Below, piece by piece: positions 1 through 13,200 of a stretch of DNA of 64,000 nucleotides. The translations under genes were made by a program, and so were the position numbers. The notes beneath the pieces are model-generated. The model did no database searches and was not told where the DNA came from. It saw only the letters and a list, made by a program, of their open reading frames with translations. The DNA comes from Monocercomonoides exilis PA203 (Eukaryota; Protista; Preaxostyla): positions 868,001-932,000 of the forward strand of contig LSRY02000039.1 of the NCBI GenBank assembly GCA_001643675.2, in the 5' to 3' direction. The first letter of the stretch is position 1; each line of letters starts with the position of its first letter.

Positions 1-735
1 CTTGATAAACTGATTAGAAATAAGAAAAATATCAATACAACATAAAGGAAATAGAAGTGAACATACGCAATATCTATTGATGTGACTTAATTCAAATAAA
101 GCCATTTCCACTTCTTTTTGTGTTTTCTCGTTTTCTTCCTTGTTTAATGCAACTTTCAGAAGACATTGCATGCAAGTCGAATGCAATCTCCGCGAATTTA
201 AACCTTGCATAAAAACATAGCACTCGCAAAGATCAACCAAAAGTTTTTCATTCTTTCCTTCATTTTTCTGCTCTTCCTCAATAATCATTTTCTCAAATCC
301 ATATTTCAATGAATAACAGTCTACACAATTATTAAACGTTCCTTTCAGCATTTTGCAATACCCCAAATGTTTCAATAGCAAAAAGGCGTTTTCCAAAGGC
401 AGTTTCCTGTTTTCAATCATTATCCAAAGGCTCACTAATGTATCTCCTGAGCGAACAAGTTCCAATTCGTTTGCATCCATCCTCTCAATCATTTCATTTA
501 TTTCAATAATTTTCATCTTTTGTTCATCGTGGGACATCTCATAAATCTCATTTAACATTCCTCCAAAGTATGCTGACAATGAACAAAAATATTTTAAAAA
601 AAAAAATCAACAAATAAATTGAAGCAAAAAGGAAATAAAAATTTCTCAAAGAACACCTTCAAAGATTTCTGCTGGTGAAAAATTGTAATATTCAAAGAAA
701 ATTTTTTCATTTTCTGAAATATTTATCAAGTTCAT
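1..735 (-). CDS. 5' part of a lineage-specific hypothetical protein, paralog of 3309-4679; truncated by the window edge
   Basis: ATG at 735, GT-AG intron ~573-656, second 57-nt intron 10-66. Positions 1-540 align with 4061-4600 at nucleotide and protein level (shared motif VEMALF-LSHINRYC). Confidence 0.75.
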
Positions 736-1534
736 TTTCAATTTCGCTCAATTTATGTCTGAAGAATTCAATACAAAACAATAAAACAAATTTCCTCATA
801 TAAAATATTCGATTATTTTTCCAATAACAGTCACACACGCAATTGTTTTTAATTAATGAAAACCCTCTCATTTTGGATCATTTGATCGTAAATAAAAAAA
901 TATTGGGGGATCACTTTTGCTTTTTTTATAAAAAATAAAAAATTAATTCCAAACTTATTCTGCTTCCATATCATAATAAGTCAAACATCATCACACAAAA
1001 TAAATAATGAAAAACTGATTTATAACAAAAAAGACACAAATATGTCGGATGGAACAAAAATTTAAAAATTAAAATTTTCATCCCATTTAAAAAAGAAGAA
1101 GAAAGTATTAAATATTACACAATCAAACAAAATTCTGAGTTATTCAAAAAATAATAACCAAAGCATTCCCTTGAAAAAATTCAGCTTTTTGTTTTTTATG
1201 AGGAAGTAACTTTCATCATCATTTTTTTCAATTTTTTTCGAAATTCATTTTTTTTTTATCCTGAGACAACAGGTAGAACAGTCTTTTCAATCGCTCATCT
1301 TCAAATTTTTGTTCAAAACTGACTTATGTGATTCCTAGACACTTTCATCAAAGTTAGCTCTTCAAATTTTCTGAAAGTTTATTGGGAAAAAAAGAATAAT
1401 AATTTTAATAATCATAATTTGAAGAAGAAGGATAATAATAACACTAATATAATCGAAATCCATCCAATAGCATTTTTCACACATACAGCAAGAAAGAAAA
1501 AGAAAAAGAAAAAGAGATTCAAACACACACAATC

Positions 1535-2560
1535 TCAATCCCCATCACACCTGAAGTACATTCTAATGACAATCAGCGGGATGAATGGCACATTCACATC
1601 CAGCAGTCGCTCTCTGTATGTGTTCATACGCTGCGCCATCTGCTGCGTAAACTGGAACCAGAACACCCACACAGGCACCTCTTTCGCCTTCGCGATGCTG
1701 ATAAACTGCGCCCTGTCAGCTTTTTTTCGGGTTCGTGCTGTCAATCACCACGCTCTTCCTGCTCTCCAACGCAGCCGCCTCAGCCTTTGCACATTTCCTC
1801 ATTTCCTTCAGCTTGTCCCTGTTGATGTGCTCGTACCTTCCTTTCTTCAAAAAGAACCGCTTTGTGAACATCTACTTCCCAGACATAGACTACCCCCGCC
1901 AAAAGCACCATCTCCTACTCTGCACTCGCATCCTACACAATGTGCCCTTCGTCTTAAACAGACCCAGTTACATCTTTTAGCACGCTCGGCTTCGTTAACA
2001 TCGGAGTGCCTTCTTTGAGCGTGTGAAGGTCAAACCCATCAATCTCGACTGAACTTTGGGTTTCTTCAGAAAATATTTCTCTGGTGTGTAGAAGTCAACC
2101 CCAACATTGATAGCAAACTTTCCGTCGCTGTACGAATGTTCCTTTTTGCGGTCAAGTTGCCCGCTGTTTGCTGGCCTCCCACCAGCGTCTCCAACATAAA
2201 AACTTTCCTTCAGACTTGGCTCCGTCCCTTTCAGAGACTTCTCCACAAGCAGTTCCCACAATCCACAAGACGGCTTGCGAAAGCCATCCTCGCTTGTAGC
2301 AACACACATATCAAATGGTATTCCAACCGCCTTTTGGAAGTTGTCAAATTCTCCCATGAAAGCAGATTCAGTAATATGCCCCTTAGAAATACCCATTTGA
2401 TTGGAAATTATAACTACAAGGTACTAATCTTCATAACATTTCTTTAATGCTTCAGGAACGCATGGTTTCCAAAACTACCAATTCGTTGGACCTGTGCAAA
2501 ATTTGCTTCCACTTTTTGTTTTTGCCAAGTTTCCATTTAAATCAAAGCATGCTATCCTTA
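1535..2560 (-). pseudogene. PNKP: Bifunctional polynucleotide kinase/3'-phosphatase (PNKP-like) pseudogene
   Basis: Motifs in order: IACFDLNGNLAKTKSG, IISNQMG, FRKPSCGLW, SFYVGDAGGRP, HSYSDGKFAINVGVDFYTPEKYF, broken P-loop (EMVLLAG..SGK*MF), YEHINRD, SVVIDSTNP. In-frame TAG at 2475-2477, 2424-2426 and 1872-1874, further stops and at least 3 frameshifts. Confidence 0.88.
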
Positions 2561-3308
2561 TTCAGATATCTTGATTCATAATTTTATATAGCGCAGTGTC
2601 ATGATGAATCCATTTATTGCTATCCGATGGGGTGCTTGAAGAGCTTGCCACTTCTAATTGTTTCAAGTTTCATTGTTGTCAAACACAATAATTTCATAAG
2701 AGATGAAGCAATACATTTATTCATATTTATCAAATAGAATAAAAGTAATAATTGCAAATGAAAAGTTCAAGTTAAACGTCAATGAATCAAATTACCAAAT
2801 ATCAAACCTCTGAATGATATTTAAATCAAACAAATTTTTGTTCATATAATTGAATATCAAACAAAGTTTACAGATGAAAGAGATTAAAAGGAAAACTTAA
2901 AGCAGAAGTTTACAAAATAACAAGTGGTATAAATATCCAAAATATGATCTTACCCATAATTGAATTGACAAAAATTGATCTGTTTGGAAGAAATTTTTTG
3001 TTAAAATAGTTCTTGCAGTTAAATTTTTAATATCAAAAACTAAATTTTGTATCATAGTTAAAAGATACATTATTTTCTTTGAGTATTGAATTGTTTTAAT
3101 TGTTTTTATTTTATTTTTGATTTATGTTTCATCCTTTCAAAAAAATGATAATAAGACTTTTTGACAAAGCAACTCTTGTGGTAATTTTAACACACTTTGC
3201 GAAATGAATAAAAAGATAAAGATATAATTTTGGAGTTACAAAAAAAAAAAAAGAAAAAAAGAAAAAATAGAATTGAATGATTTAAACCACAAAATAAGTT
3301 TCATTTTC

Positions 3309-4679
3309 TTAAACATTCACAAAATAATCAGAAATATTCAACGATAAATCAAGATAATATATTTTATTATCAAAAGAAATGAATCCATAAAGGCTTGCGA
3401 TGCAATCTTCATATCCTTCTTCTTCCAGCTTTTCAAAAACCTTCCTTTTCATTGTCTTCCTTTTCTCTTCTTCCTTTTCATAATCCTCATCCTCCTCATC
3501 CTCATCTTCTTTCAATCTTTCTGAAATCCTCAAAAAATTTAGCAAGCAATTTATCATCCAACTGTGAAAAAATGTTGGTTGCAGAATTTCCTCCAAAACT
3601 GCCTTAAATGCCCCTCCATTCAGCATGTCATCAATTTTCACTGCTTTGTTTTCTGCTGCTGTTTTCAACAAAGAAATGCACAATTTGCTAATTTCTCTGC
3701 AATATTCCCTTGCCGCTCGTAACAACAGAACAATGCTGCTCATTAGCCCATCAAATCCTTCATTCCACAAGGTGCATAAGAAAAAGCAAACATCAACAAC
3801 ATAGAGCCATCTCTCAACCACAAACACTTCGTCAGCTTCTTTTCTCTTCCAGTCAATGCATCTTGTCAGCTCCTCCAGTTCTCTTGTAACTTCTCTCACA
3901 AAACGCAGATCATTCACAATATCATCTTCCAAACTTTGGTCATTGTGAAATCTGTACATCAAAAACATCCAAGCAGATTGATATGCAAATCGAGTCAGAT
4001 TGTGATGCTCTTGATGATACTTGATGATTTCTTTGATTTCACTGACGTAAAGTTCTTGTTCGATAAACTGATAAGAAATTAGAAATATATCAATACAACA
4101 TAAAGGATATAGAAGTGAACATACACAATATCTATTGATGTGACTTAATGCAAATAAAGCCATTTCCACTTTTTTCTCAGTCTCCTCGTATTCCTCTTTG
4201 TTCAATGAAACCTTCAGAAGAAAAGGCACGCAAATTTGAAACAAATTTGAAAAAAATCCTTCGAAAAACAAAGCGTAGCATTCGCAAAGATCAATCAGAA
4301 GCTTTCCATCCTTTTCTTCTTTCATTTTCTTTTCTTCTTCAATTATCTTCTTCTCGAATATTTCGATCAATGAAGATTTCTTGAAACAATCAATACAAAT
4401 CCCTTTCAGTTCTTTGCTATATCCAACATGCTTCAGCAACAACAATGTATTTTCCATCGAAAGTTTCTCTTCTTCGATCATTTCATGAATTTTGTTGAAC
4501 ATTTCAAGATTGAGGAAAAAAAACAACTCGTCATTATTCATTTCATCAACCATTTTATTCATTTCTTCGATACTTTGTTTCTGTTTAGATTCAGTGAATT
4601 GTTCCAATTGTGAAAGTTTCTCTAAAAAAGTGAAAAATCAAAAGAGAAAAAAGAAGCAATTATTTATTTAACCATTCAT
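3309..4679 (-). CDS. Lineage-specific hypothetical protein (multicopy family, helical, E/K/L-rich)
   Basis: 432-aa ORF extended by micro-exon ATGAATG (4673-4679) over a 51-nt GT-AG intron (4622-4672). Probable 57-nt in-frame intron 4068-4124. Paralog at 1-735. Confidence 0.8.
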
Positions 4680-7213
4680 TTCTAATAAACTCTGGCAAAC
4701 CAAGAAACATTTGTCTTTTTGAAGATAACTGTGAAATCGCAAAATGAACAAAACAATAAATAAATTCATTTTCAGAATTGTCGTGAAATATTTGCATGAA
4801 TAGAATTAAAAACACCGAGTCAAAATTTTTTAAATAACATAGAATTCGAAACTATTTTTGCCATCAATGAATTTTGCATCAAAACAAGCAGATCTTTGGA
4901 TTAAAAAATCTCCTTTTTGAGAAATTAATAAGGGTGGTCAACCTATAATTTTTTAAGTGAAGATTTTTGGTTGATGATATGCTTCGTTAAAACTTTGTTT
5001 GTGCTGTTTTGGATGAACGATTTCTGGTGCACCCATGCAAGTTATTACAATGCAGAAGAGCAGGGGTTTTTCCAGCAAATGGATGAGCGAGTGAATGTTT
5101 GAGTAGATTGCTTGAGAAAAGTGAATAAGTGTGGGAAGTTGCATGAAATTTGAACGTGGTGAAAAATTGCAAAATGTGTGGCATATCGTCAAATGCTATA
5201 TTTTGAATGAAAAATGAATAAAGCAAGATGCAGAAAAAGCGAGCAAAATGCCAGAAAGATTGAATTGAACGGCTTGTTCATTTCGAGGGAAGTGCAGTGA
5301 ACTTAGCATTTCTTTTACTCAGTACTTGTTTTGCATGGTTTTTTGGGTCAAATGTTGGTTTTGTGGAAAAGGAAAGGGAATTGGGAGATTGAACAATGGA
5401 GGAAGCGAGCAGAATGAAGCACTCAGCAGGCCTCAATTACAATCTCATTTGAATTTAACATGAATGCTGCAAGAACACTATCAGTAAAGATTAGTCATTG
5501 AATTGAGTTTTGAAAAGGAGTTAATTTGGAGAATATATATTTTCATCTGATATCATGGCCAGTTTCACAATGGATTCTCTTCGTTCGATGACGTTCTTTT
5601 CCAGATGTTTGTTATCCAGTTGTCTGTGTTTTTGCAGCAAGAAGCAATTTTGGAGAACAAGAAAGCCAGCTGGGTTGATGATTACCAATCCATTGGAGAT
5701 GGGAAAATATTTCAAGGCCAAAAAAAAGATGGTTTGACTTTTTTTGTTTCATCCATTTTTCTTTAAAACTACTCTTTGATAAATTCAGAATAACTATGAA
5801 CCGAAATGCTGCTGAATGAAGCCTTTTTATCTTTTTTCAAAAGATTCAGAAGTTTTGAGATTATCTATTGTTTGGATCGCATTCAACGATGTCATTCATG
5901 GCTTCCACCATCTGTTTTGCAAGCAGTATAACCTGACAAGCTTAAGATGAGCTTGAAAGAGAGAGAAAGCAGTTTATTTGGTAGAAGCGACTCTTTTGTA
6001 TGAGTAGATGAGCTTTCTGAACATTCACATTCAGAAATCGCTAACTTTTTATGATTCTCAACACACAACATAATCTTTGATGTTTTTCCTTCCTCTTCTT
6101 CTCTCTTTTCTTTTTCTTTTTCTTTTTGTCTTTTCCCTCCTCCTTTTTCATTAAATAAAGTTCATTTGCTTTATCCAACCACGTGCGATGTCTAGCAGCG
6201 GACGCAGCATTTTGTGTCGCATCGGATGAAGGCAAAGGCAGGCAAATTGTCGTTTCATATGCAAAAGATGGAGCAGAATCTAAAGCAGTTGAGATTTTTT
6301 GGGGAAGAGCTTTGACAAGGAAGAATGAGTGACGAAGGACAGACAGGATGAAGACTCATCTGCATCCTTTTCCTTTTTATTCTTTTCCTTTCCTTCTTTC
6401 TCAGCATTCATCTTGGCAACTGATTTCACTTTTGTCGTGTTTTCTGCCTTGTTCGCAAAACAACATTCACTTTCAGCCGTTCCAGTTGCATCAACAACGA
6501 GAAAGAGATACAAATTAATTTGGACTCTTTTTGGTGGAAGAAGAAGAAGTGCGGATGGTCTGTGAGGAATTCGCAAACTTGTAGAGGAAGCTTTTGAAGA
6601 ATCAGAAATCTTTTCTTTGTGAATTATGGCTTTTTTCGGAAATATTTTCGCTTGTTTTTTTTTTTTGAAAATTTTATTTGATCAATTTATCAAAATTAAC
6701 AATTCGAAATTTTGAGTTTTTCGAACAAAAACCAAACAACAAATCATTATTTTTTATTGGATTTATAAGAAGTAGCATTATCTCATTTGTCTTAATTAAT
6801 TTTTGGTTTGCTTGTTTTGTATATCTTATTTTCAATCTTTTTGTTTGACAGTAATTTTCATTTCAAAATCAATCGTAGTTCTAATTTTTGAGAAAAAACG
6901 TAACAACATTCTGTAATCAGTTAATCACAAAAATTTAATTAGCCGAAAAATACATTCCTGATGTTCATATGAAAGATTTGATATTTTTGAATATTTTTTG
7001 TGAGTTTTCCAAAATAAACAAATGTGAAAACTACAAAAACCAAATAAAATAAATAAATAAATTCAAATTCGTATATTAATGGGAAATGGATACTCTGAAT
7101 GTTATGTGATTATAATGAAAAAATCAATTAAAGAAATAAAAATATGGGGCAGAAAAATTCTGTCATTTTTGACTATTTCCGGCAACTATTTCCCTTGCGA
7201 GCTCTTTTCTAAC

Positions 7214-10200
7214 ATGAAGGCTGTGTTTTATATTTGTGCATTGATTATGCTCGGTGCCAAATGCAGGAATATGGAAGACATTGCTGAAAGACAAATTCAA
7301 CAAAAAATGAACGAGGAGATGCAGAAAGATTTGATCAGCATTGCAGATAAAATTTATGAGGATAACGATAATTTTTACAATTCAATGGCGAAAGTTATAA
7401 AACCAGCTGGCAATTGCATCTGCTGTATTCAAACAACTTTAAAAATCATCAACACCTCCTTGTGTGTGAACCATCTCAACATCATCCCCCTCACTGGTTG
7501 TCCGATCCTCACTTCCCAACACCACTCAGCTACCACTATCCTCTCCTCCACTTGCCAAGTCAACACAGCAACAAAATCTCCACTTTTCCTCTCTTTCCAT
7601 GCCCTCCTCTCCCTCACCAACTTCTCCCTCATCCCCCACCAACCTGCCATCCTCTCCTTCCCCCTCTTCTCCACCCCAAACAATCTCCCCTCAGATACCC
7701 ACTCCCCAATCCCTGTCTCCTTCTCCATCTCACACTCCTCCTTCTCCTCTTTCGTCTCCCTCATCCAGTCTTTCCTTTTTTCTCCTTTTTCCCTTTCTTC
7801 TCCATCCCCTTCTCCTTCATCTTCCTCATCCTCGTACTCATCCTCTTCTTTTCCTTTTCCTTCTCCTTCTCCTTCCCCTTCACCTCTCCATATCCATCTC
7901 AATCTCCATCTCTCAAACACCCTCTTCTCCAACATCTCCTCTCCTCAATCCCATTCATCTCTTCCATCCCTTCCTTCACATTCACTCAATCCTTTCATCT
8001 CTACCACTTCTTTCTCTTCTCTCTCTTCCACCAACATCAATACCAATACAATCCCCTCCTTCTCCCTGCACTCATCTCTTTTCATCCACTCAACCATCTT
8101 CCTCCACACTCACAACCCCATCGATGGAACCATTCTCCCTTCCATCAACAGCCCATCCACTTCTCTCTCTGCCTTCAATGCCTCTTTCCTTCGCCAAGCA
8201 CGCTCTTCTACAAACGATGCTAAGGTGTTTATCGGAACGGAATCTCAAAGAAAAACTCCTGGAAGATTGGATTCTTTTGATGCAAACAGCCATCGCTTCG
8301 AATGGTGCGAATGGAATGACACAAAAAGTGAAAATGAATATGGAGGAGCACTGAAAGTTAGTTGCACAAATGCCAATCTCACAATCACTTCTTGTTCGTT
8401 CAATAATTGTTTTTGCACAGGTAATGGCCATGGTGGAGCGTTGTATTGTGAAAGTTTATTGAAAATCAACATCACAAAATCTAATTTCACAAGTTGTTCT
8501 GCTGCATATGGAGGAGCTAATTGCATAGCTTGGCCACAACCAAATTCTGTTTATTCATTGTTAGAAAACAGAGTTGAAAATTGTTCAATAACAAGTTGGT
8601 GCGGAACTGGTTGGTATTTTGCGCTTGAAAGAACTCCAACAAATGCTCAATTCTTGTTTTTCAAATGTAAGTGCATTGCTAATACTGGTGGTGATTCCTC
8701 CGGTTCTTTAACATTTTATGACCCTCCTAGTAACAAACCGAGTCAGTTTTCAATCAATGATTGTCAGTTCATCGATAACAAATTGACTGCATCTTCCACG
8801 TATGGAGGTACAGCTATTTATTTTCATTTAACTTTTAATTGGATGAATGAAATAAAATTTATAACATTCTGCTTCTTTGATGGAAATTCCGCAACAAATG
8901 GAAGGGGAAACGATGTGTTCTTCAGTGGAAATAGCATCACCCAATCCCCATTCCAGCAATGTGGATCAACAACAGAATCAAAAAGAGTGTATAATAATGG
9001 ACAAGCTGACAATGCTGAATATAATGGCTGGCTTCCAATCATCAACCAGAACAAAATCGTTGCGAATGGTGGAAGTGATGTCGATGCTTGTGGCAAAACA
9101 CAGCAAAGCCCCTGTGCCACAGTGGAGTATGCTCTCGGATGCGTTGCTCCCTTTAGCGATGCCTCCCTTTTTCTTCTCGTCTCAACTTTCACTCCCATAA
9201 AGACTCTCACATTCCGCGCCCCAAATACAAAAATCACCGGAAATGTCACAGATACCACAATTATCTCCTCATATGGTATTCCTCAAACATCATCTTCTTC
9301 TTCTTCTTCACCTGATCCATCTGCCTCGTCTGCCCTCTTCCAACAAACCCAGGGCTCCCTCATAATTTCTGCCCTCGCCATCGCCCACAACTCCACAAAT
9401 CAAATCACCCCCATCCTCTTCCACATCTCCGAAAACTCCCCTTTCCTCAACCTCAACACAACAACCATCACTGGAACAACCTCCATAACTATAAAAACTC
9501 CCCTCTTCTTCCTCACTGCTGGCTCCCTCACCCTCAACCACACAGCAATCACTCATCTCACCCTCAACAGCCAAAGCATCTTCCACCTCATCTCCCTCAC
9601 CACTCCCCTTGCCCTCAACTCCTCCAACATCACTGACATCACCTCCACTGCCACTCCCGCCAGCTGCTTCCTCTCCTCTGCCACCTCCCCTGCCCTCTCC
9701 CTCTCCCTCACCAACTGCACCATCACCAACATCAACTCAGCACAGTTGAGCCAACAGACTGCCACCAATGGCGGGTGCATCTCATTCGCCTCATCTGCCT
9801 CTATTAACACATTTTCTGTGAGTGACACCACCTTCTCCACCTGCTCTGTGAGCGAGGATACAAGTTCTGGAGGAAGAGGCGGTGCTCTCATGATCGAGTA
9901 CAAGGATGATTCAGAAGTGTCGTCAACAACCTTTTCCATCACCAATATCGTGTTTTCAGCCAACAAGGCCAGCGTCGGAAGAGATGTGTATTTTGTGTGT
10001 GAATCATTTGTCGCTTCTGTGAAGGAACCCTTGTTTGCCTTCATGAGAAGCATCACTGAAAAAGATAATTCGGTTGTTGGACATGACAGAACAGAATCAT
10101 TCGGTGATTGGAATGTGGACTTGTTCATATTCTTTGATGGATTCTTTGATGATACAATATTTGTCGATGGAATATCTGGAGTGGAGAAGGTGTATTGCGG

Positions 10201-13200
10201 ATTGGAGAAGGCGCCATGCAAGAGCGTGAATTATGGGATTGAACATCTGAAGCGAACACAGAATACAAAAGAGGAGATTATTTTAAGTTCAAATTCGTTG
10301 ATGGCGGGGTGTTTGGATGTAGGGGAAATGTGTATAAAGGCAAAAACTGAGACAATTATGGAGATAGAATGCCAAAGTGATATAAGTGGCTCTGAAGAAG
10401 AATGTGTTCTGAAATCTTCATCGCTGACAGAAATGGAGTTCATTGGGATTGTTGTTCCACCAAGTTTTAACAAAACTGTTTCATCAGTGATCGAATCAAG
10501 CACTCGAAATGGTGAGTTGCACATGAAGAACTGTGGGAAGAGTGTGATTGGAGGGAAGCAAAACACGATTAGATTTTCCTTGATCAAATCAACTGGGAAG
10601 ATGGTTGAATTGGAGTTTGTCACTATTTCAGATATGAAATCATCAGTCATACTGTTTTCACTTTCACCTTCATCTGGAACTGTGAATGAAGGAGAGAGCG
10701 AAAGAGAATACAAAATGAAACTGTTGAATTGTTCAATGGAAGGATGCTTCTTTGAGAGTTCATTTGGAGAATCTCCATTGGAAATATTTTCTTCTGTTTT
10801 ATTTGAAAGCAACAACTTTTCAAACATTATGAACACTGGCAGTGGAGAAGGAGGCGTTGCTAAAGTGATATTGCAAGGGAATGAAGAATTTATGATGAAA
10901 ACAACAAATGCATCATTTTGTTCACTTTCATCAGGCAATGGAAAAGGAGGATTCTTGTATTTGGATTGTGAAAACTGTTTGGATGAAAAGCCTTTTCTTT
11001 TTGATATTGGAATAACTTTTGAGAATAACAAAGCAGCCATTGGAAAGAATGTGTTCATTTTGGGAAAGGATTTTAATTCTTCTGTGACAAACAATTCATT
11101 CAAATTTGATTATTCTGAAATGAAGGATGATGAAACTCTGTTTGTTGGGAATGATAGTCATCATTCAAACAAAGATTTATTCATGTTTCTGATTTCATAC
11201 AGCTCGTTTGAGATATTTATCTCATCAGATGGATTTGATGTTGCAAGATGTGGAAGTGAGGAAGAACCATGTTTCACAATGTGGAAAGGGATGGATAATA
11301 TGAAAAAGGGAGATGAAATGAAAACAATTCAGATTAAAGGATCAACTATCATTCGAGATTCATTCAACATGTCCAATAATCGGATCAAAAAGGATACGAA
11401 GATGGGAGAAGAAGATACAAAAGCAATATTGAATTTTGAAAAGTCAATTGGAAATCAACTGGAATATTTTATGGAAAATGATGTTAATCTTGAATTGTCC
11501 AACATCCAACTTCAACTGACATCGGGATTTGACAACTCAGCCAAAACAATTATTTCCAGTAAAATTGGAGAATTGGTGATAACTGGATGTTCATTCCATT
11601 TAGAGGCTGGAGTTAATAATGGATTTGATTGTGTGTTTGTGGATGCGATTGGAGGCAGTGTGGAAGTGAATGATTTGTCGATGGAATCGTGCAATATTCG
11701 AAACAGTATTTTTGCCATTCATGATTCTGGAATAACTTGCCATTTTGTGAATGTTCGAGTGGAATCGTTGAATGAAAGTGGGGGATGTCTTCTTCTTATC
11801 AAAGGAACTGAATCAACAACAAAGATAAATGAAGTTGGCGAAGAAATGAATCTCAAAATTGATAGTTCATTGTTTTCAGAGGTGAAGAGAAGTGACAATG
11901 GAGTGAGTATTTTGGAGTCGAAAAGTGAAAATAAGATTTGTTTGGTTGTGAATGAGAGCAACATCACAGAAGATAAAGCAGAATTGAGTGAAAAAGGAGG
12001 GGCAATATTCTTCACATTGGGTGCATCAGGATCAATGAAGATGATTGAAACAACAATCAGTCATTGCAGCTGCAGCAGCAACATGGGGAAAGGAGGAGGA
12101 GTGTATTTGTCAACAAAAGAAAGAGGAGAATTGAATTTCACATTTACGGGAATGAAATTCAGTTCAAACACAGCAAGAGTGGGAAATGACATTTATATTG
12201 AATGTTTCAACATCACATCGCAGATCAATAAAAGTCAATTTCAGTTTGATCTTCGAGAGAATCATTATTCGCAAATTAATGCAATATATGGGAGAGATGA
12301 ATGCGATTATCCAAATGATACAGATCTAATTGACTTTGTGACTATTCATCAGAGTGACACAGTCATTGTGAGTAGTGTGAATGGATCAGATGAAAAACAG
12401 TGTGGAACAAACACACTTCCATGTGCTTCAATTGATTATGGACTGATGCATCTGACTTCAGATTTCATGAGCCAAATGATTGTTGTTGAAGAGAGTGCGA
12501 TTGGCTGTGAGATAAATCTGGAAGAAATGAGTTTGAGCTCAAAAAGAAAGGTTGAATGCAAAGTTGAAATGAAATCTGAAATTGACAGAACAAAGGATTC
12601 TGTAATATCAACAACAGGAGAAGTTTCATTGCTGAGAGTCAGCTTTGTGTTTGATTCGAATTTTGTTTCTCAACATGAATCGTTGATATCACCAGAAGGA
12701 GGAATTCTTGAAATTGTGAATTGTTCATTCAGCTCAAAACAATTGAAGGAGGGAGTTAATGAAGATTTTGCAAACATTCCATTTCACATTTTCAACATGG
12801 CAAAGGGAGAATTACAACTTATGGAATGTTCAATGTCAAATCTAATTCTTCAAGAATCTGCATTGCATTTTTCATCACAACTTCAATCAGTCATTGATTC
12901 ATTAACAATTTTCAATTCAACAATTGCAACTCCTCTGATGAATATAAACGAATGTGGACAATTAACAATAAAGAATTTCAATACAGAAAATATCACAGTT
13001 GAACGAAATGAAGAAACATTGATATCTTGCTTGGCAATGAAAAAGACAGTGCAATTGACAAATTGCACAATGGGCGGAGTCGGTTCAAAGGCCACAAAAG
13101 GAAAATTGATGAAATTGGAGGATTGTTTGGATGTGAAAATTGATAGTTGCGTTTTTGATGGAAGTTTAAAAGAAATAAATGAGAAAAATTCAAATACAGA

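Noticed and set aside
1535-2560. In-frame TAG/TAA in PNKP as evidence for TAR=Gln recoding (known in some oxymonads)
   Set aside because: The stops fall at Gly/Ser-type positions and co-occur with frameshifts; multi-kb ORFs here contain no TAR and genes end in TAA/TAG.
4950-6600. Gene-like fragments (also 60374-61600)
   Set aside because: Coding-like composition but many stops and no recognisable motif; possibly decayed family members, not supportable.
7079-7213. ORF-track start of the giant receptor
   Set aside because: ATG 7214 directly precedes a signal-peptide-like stretch and is the more plausible start.
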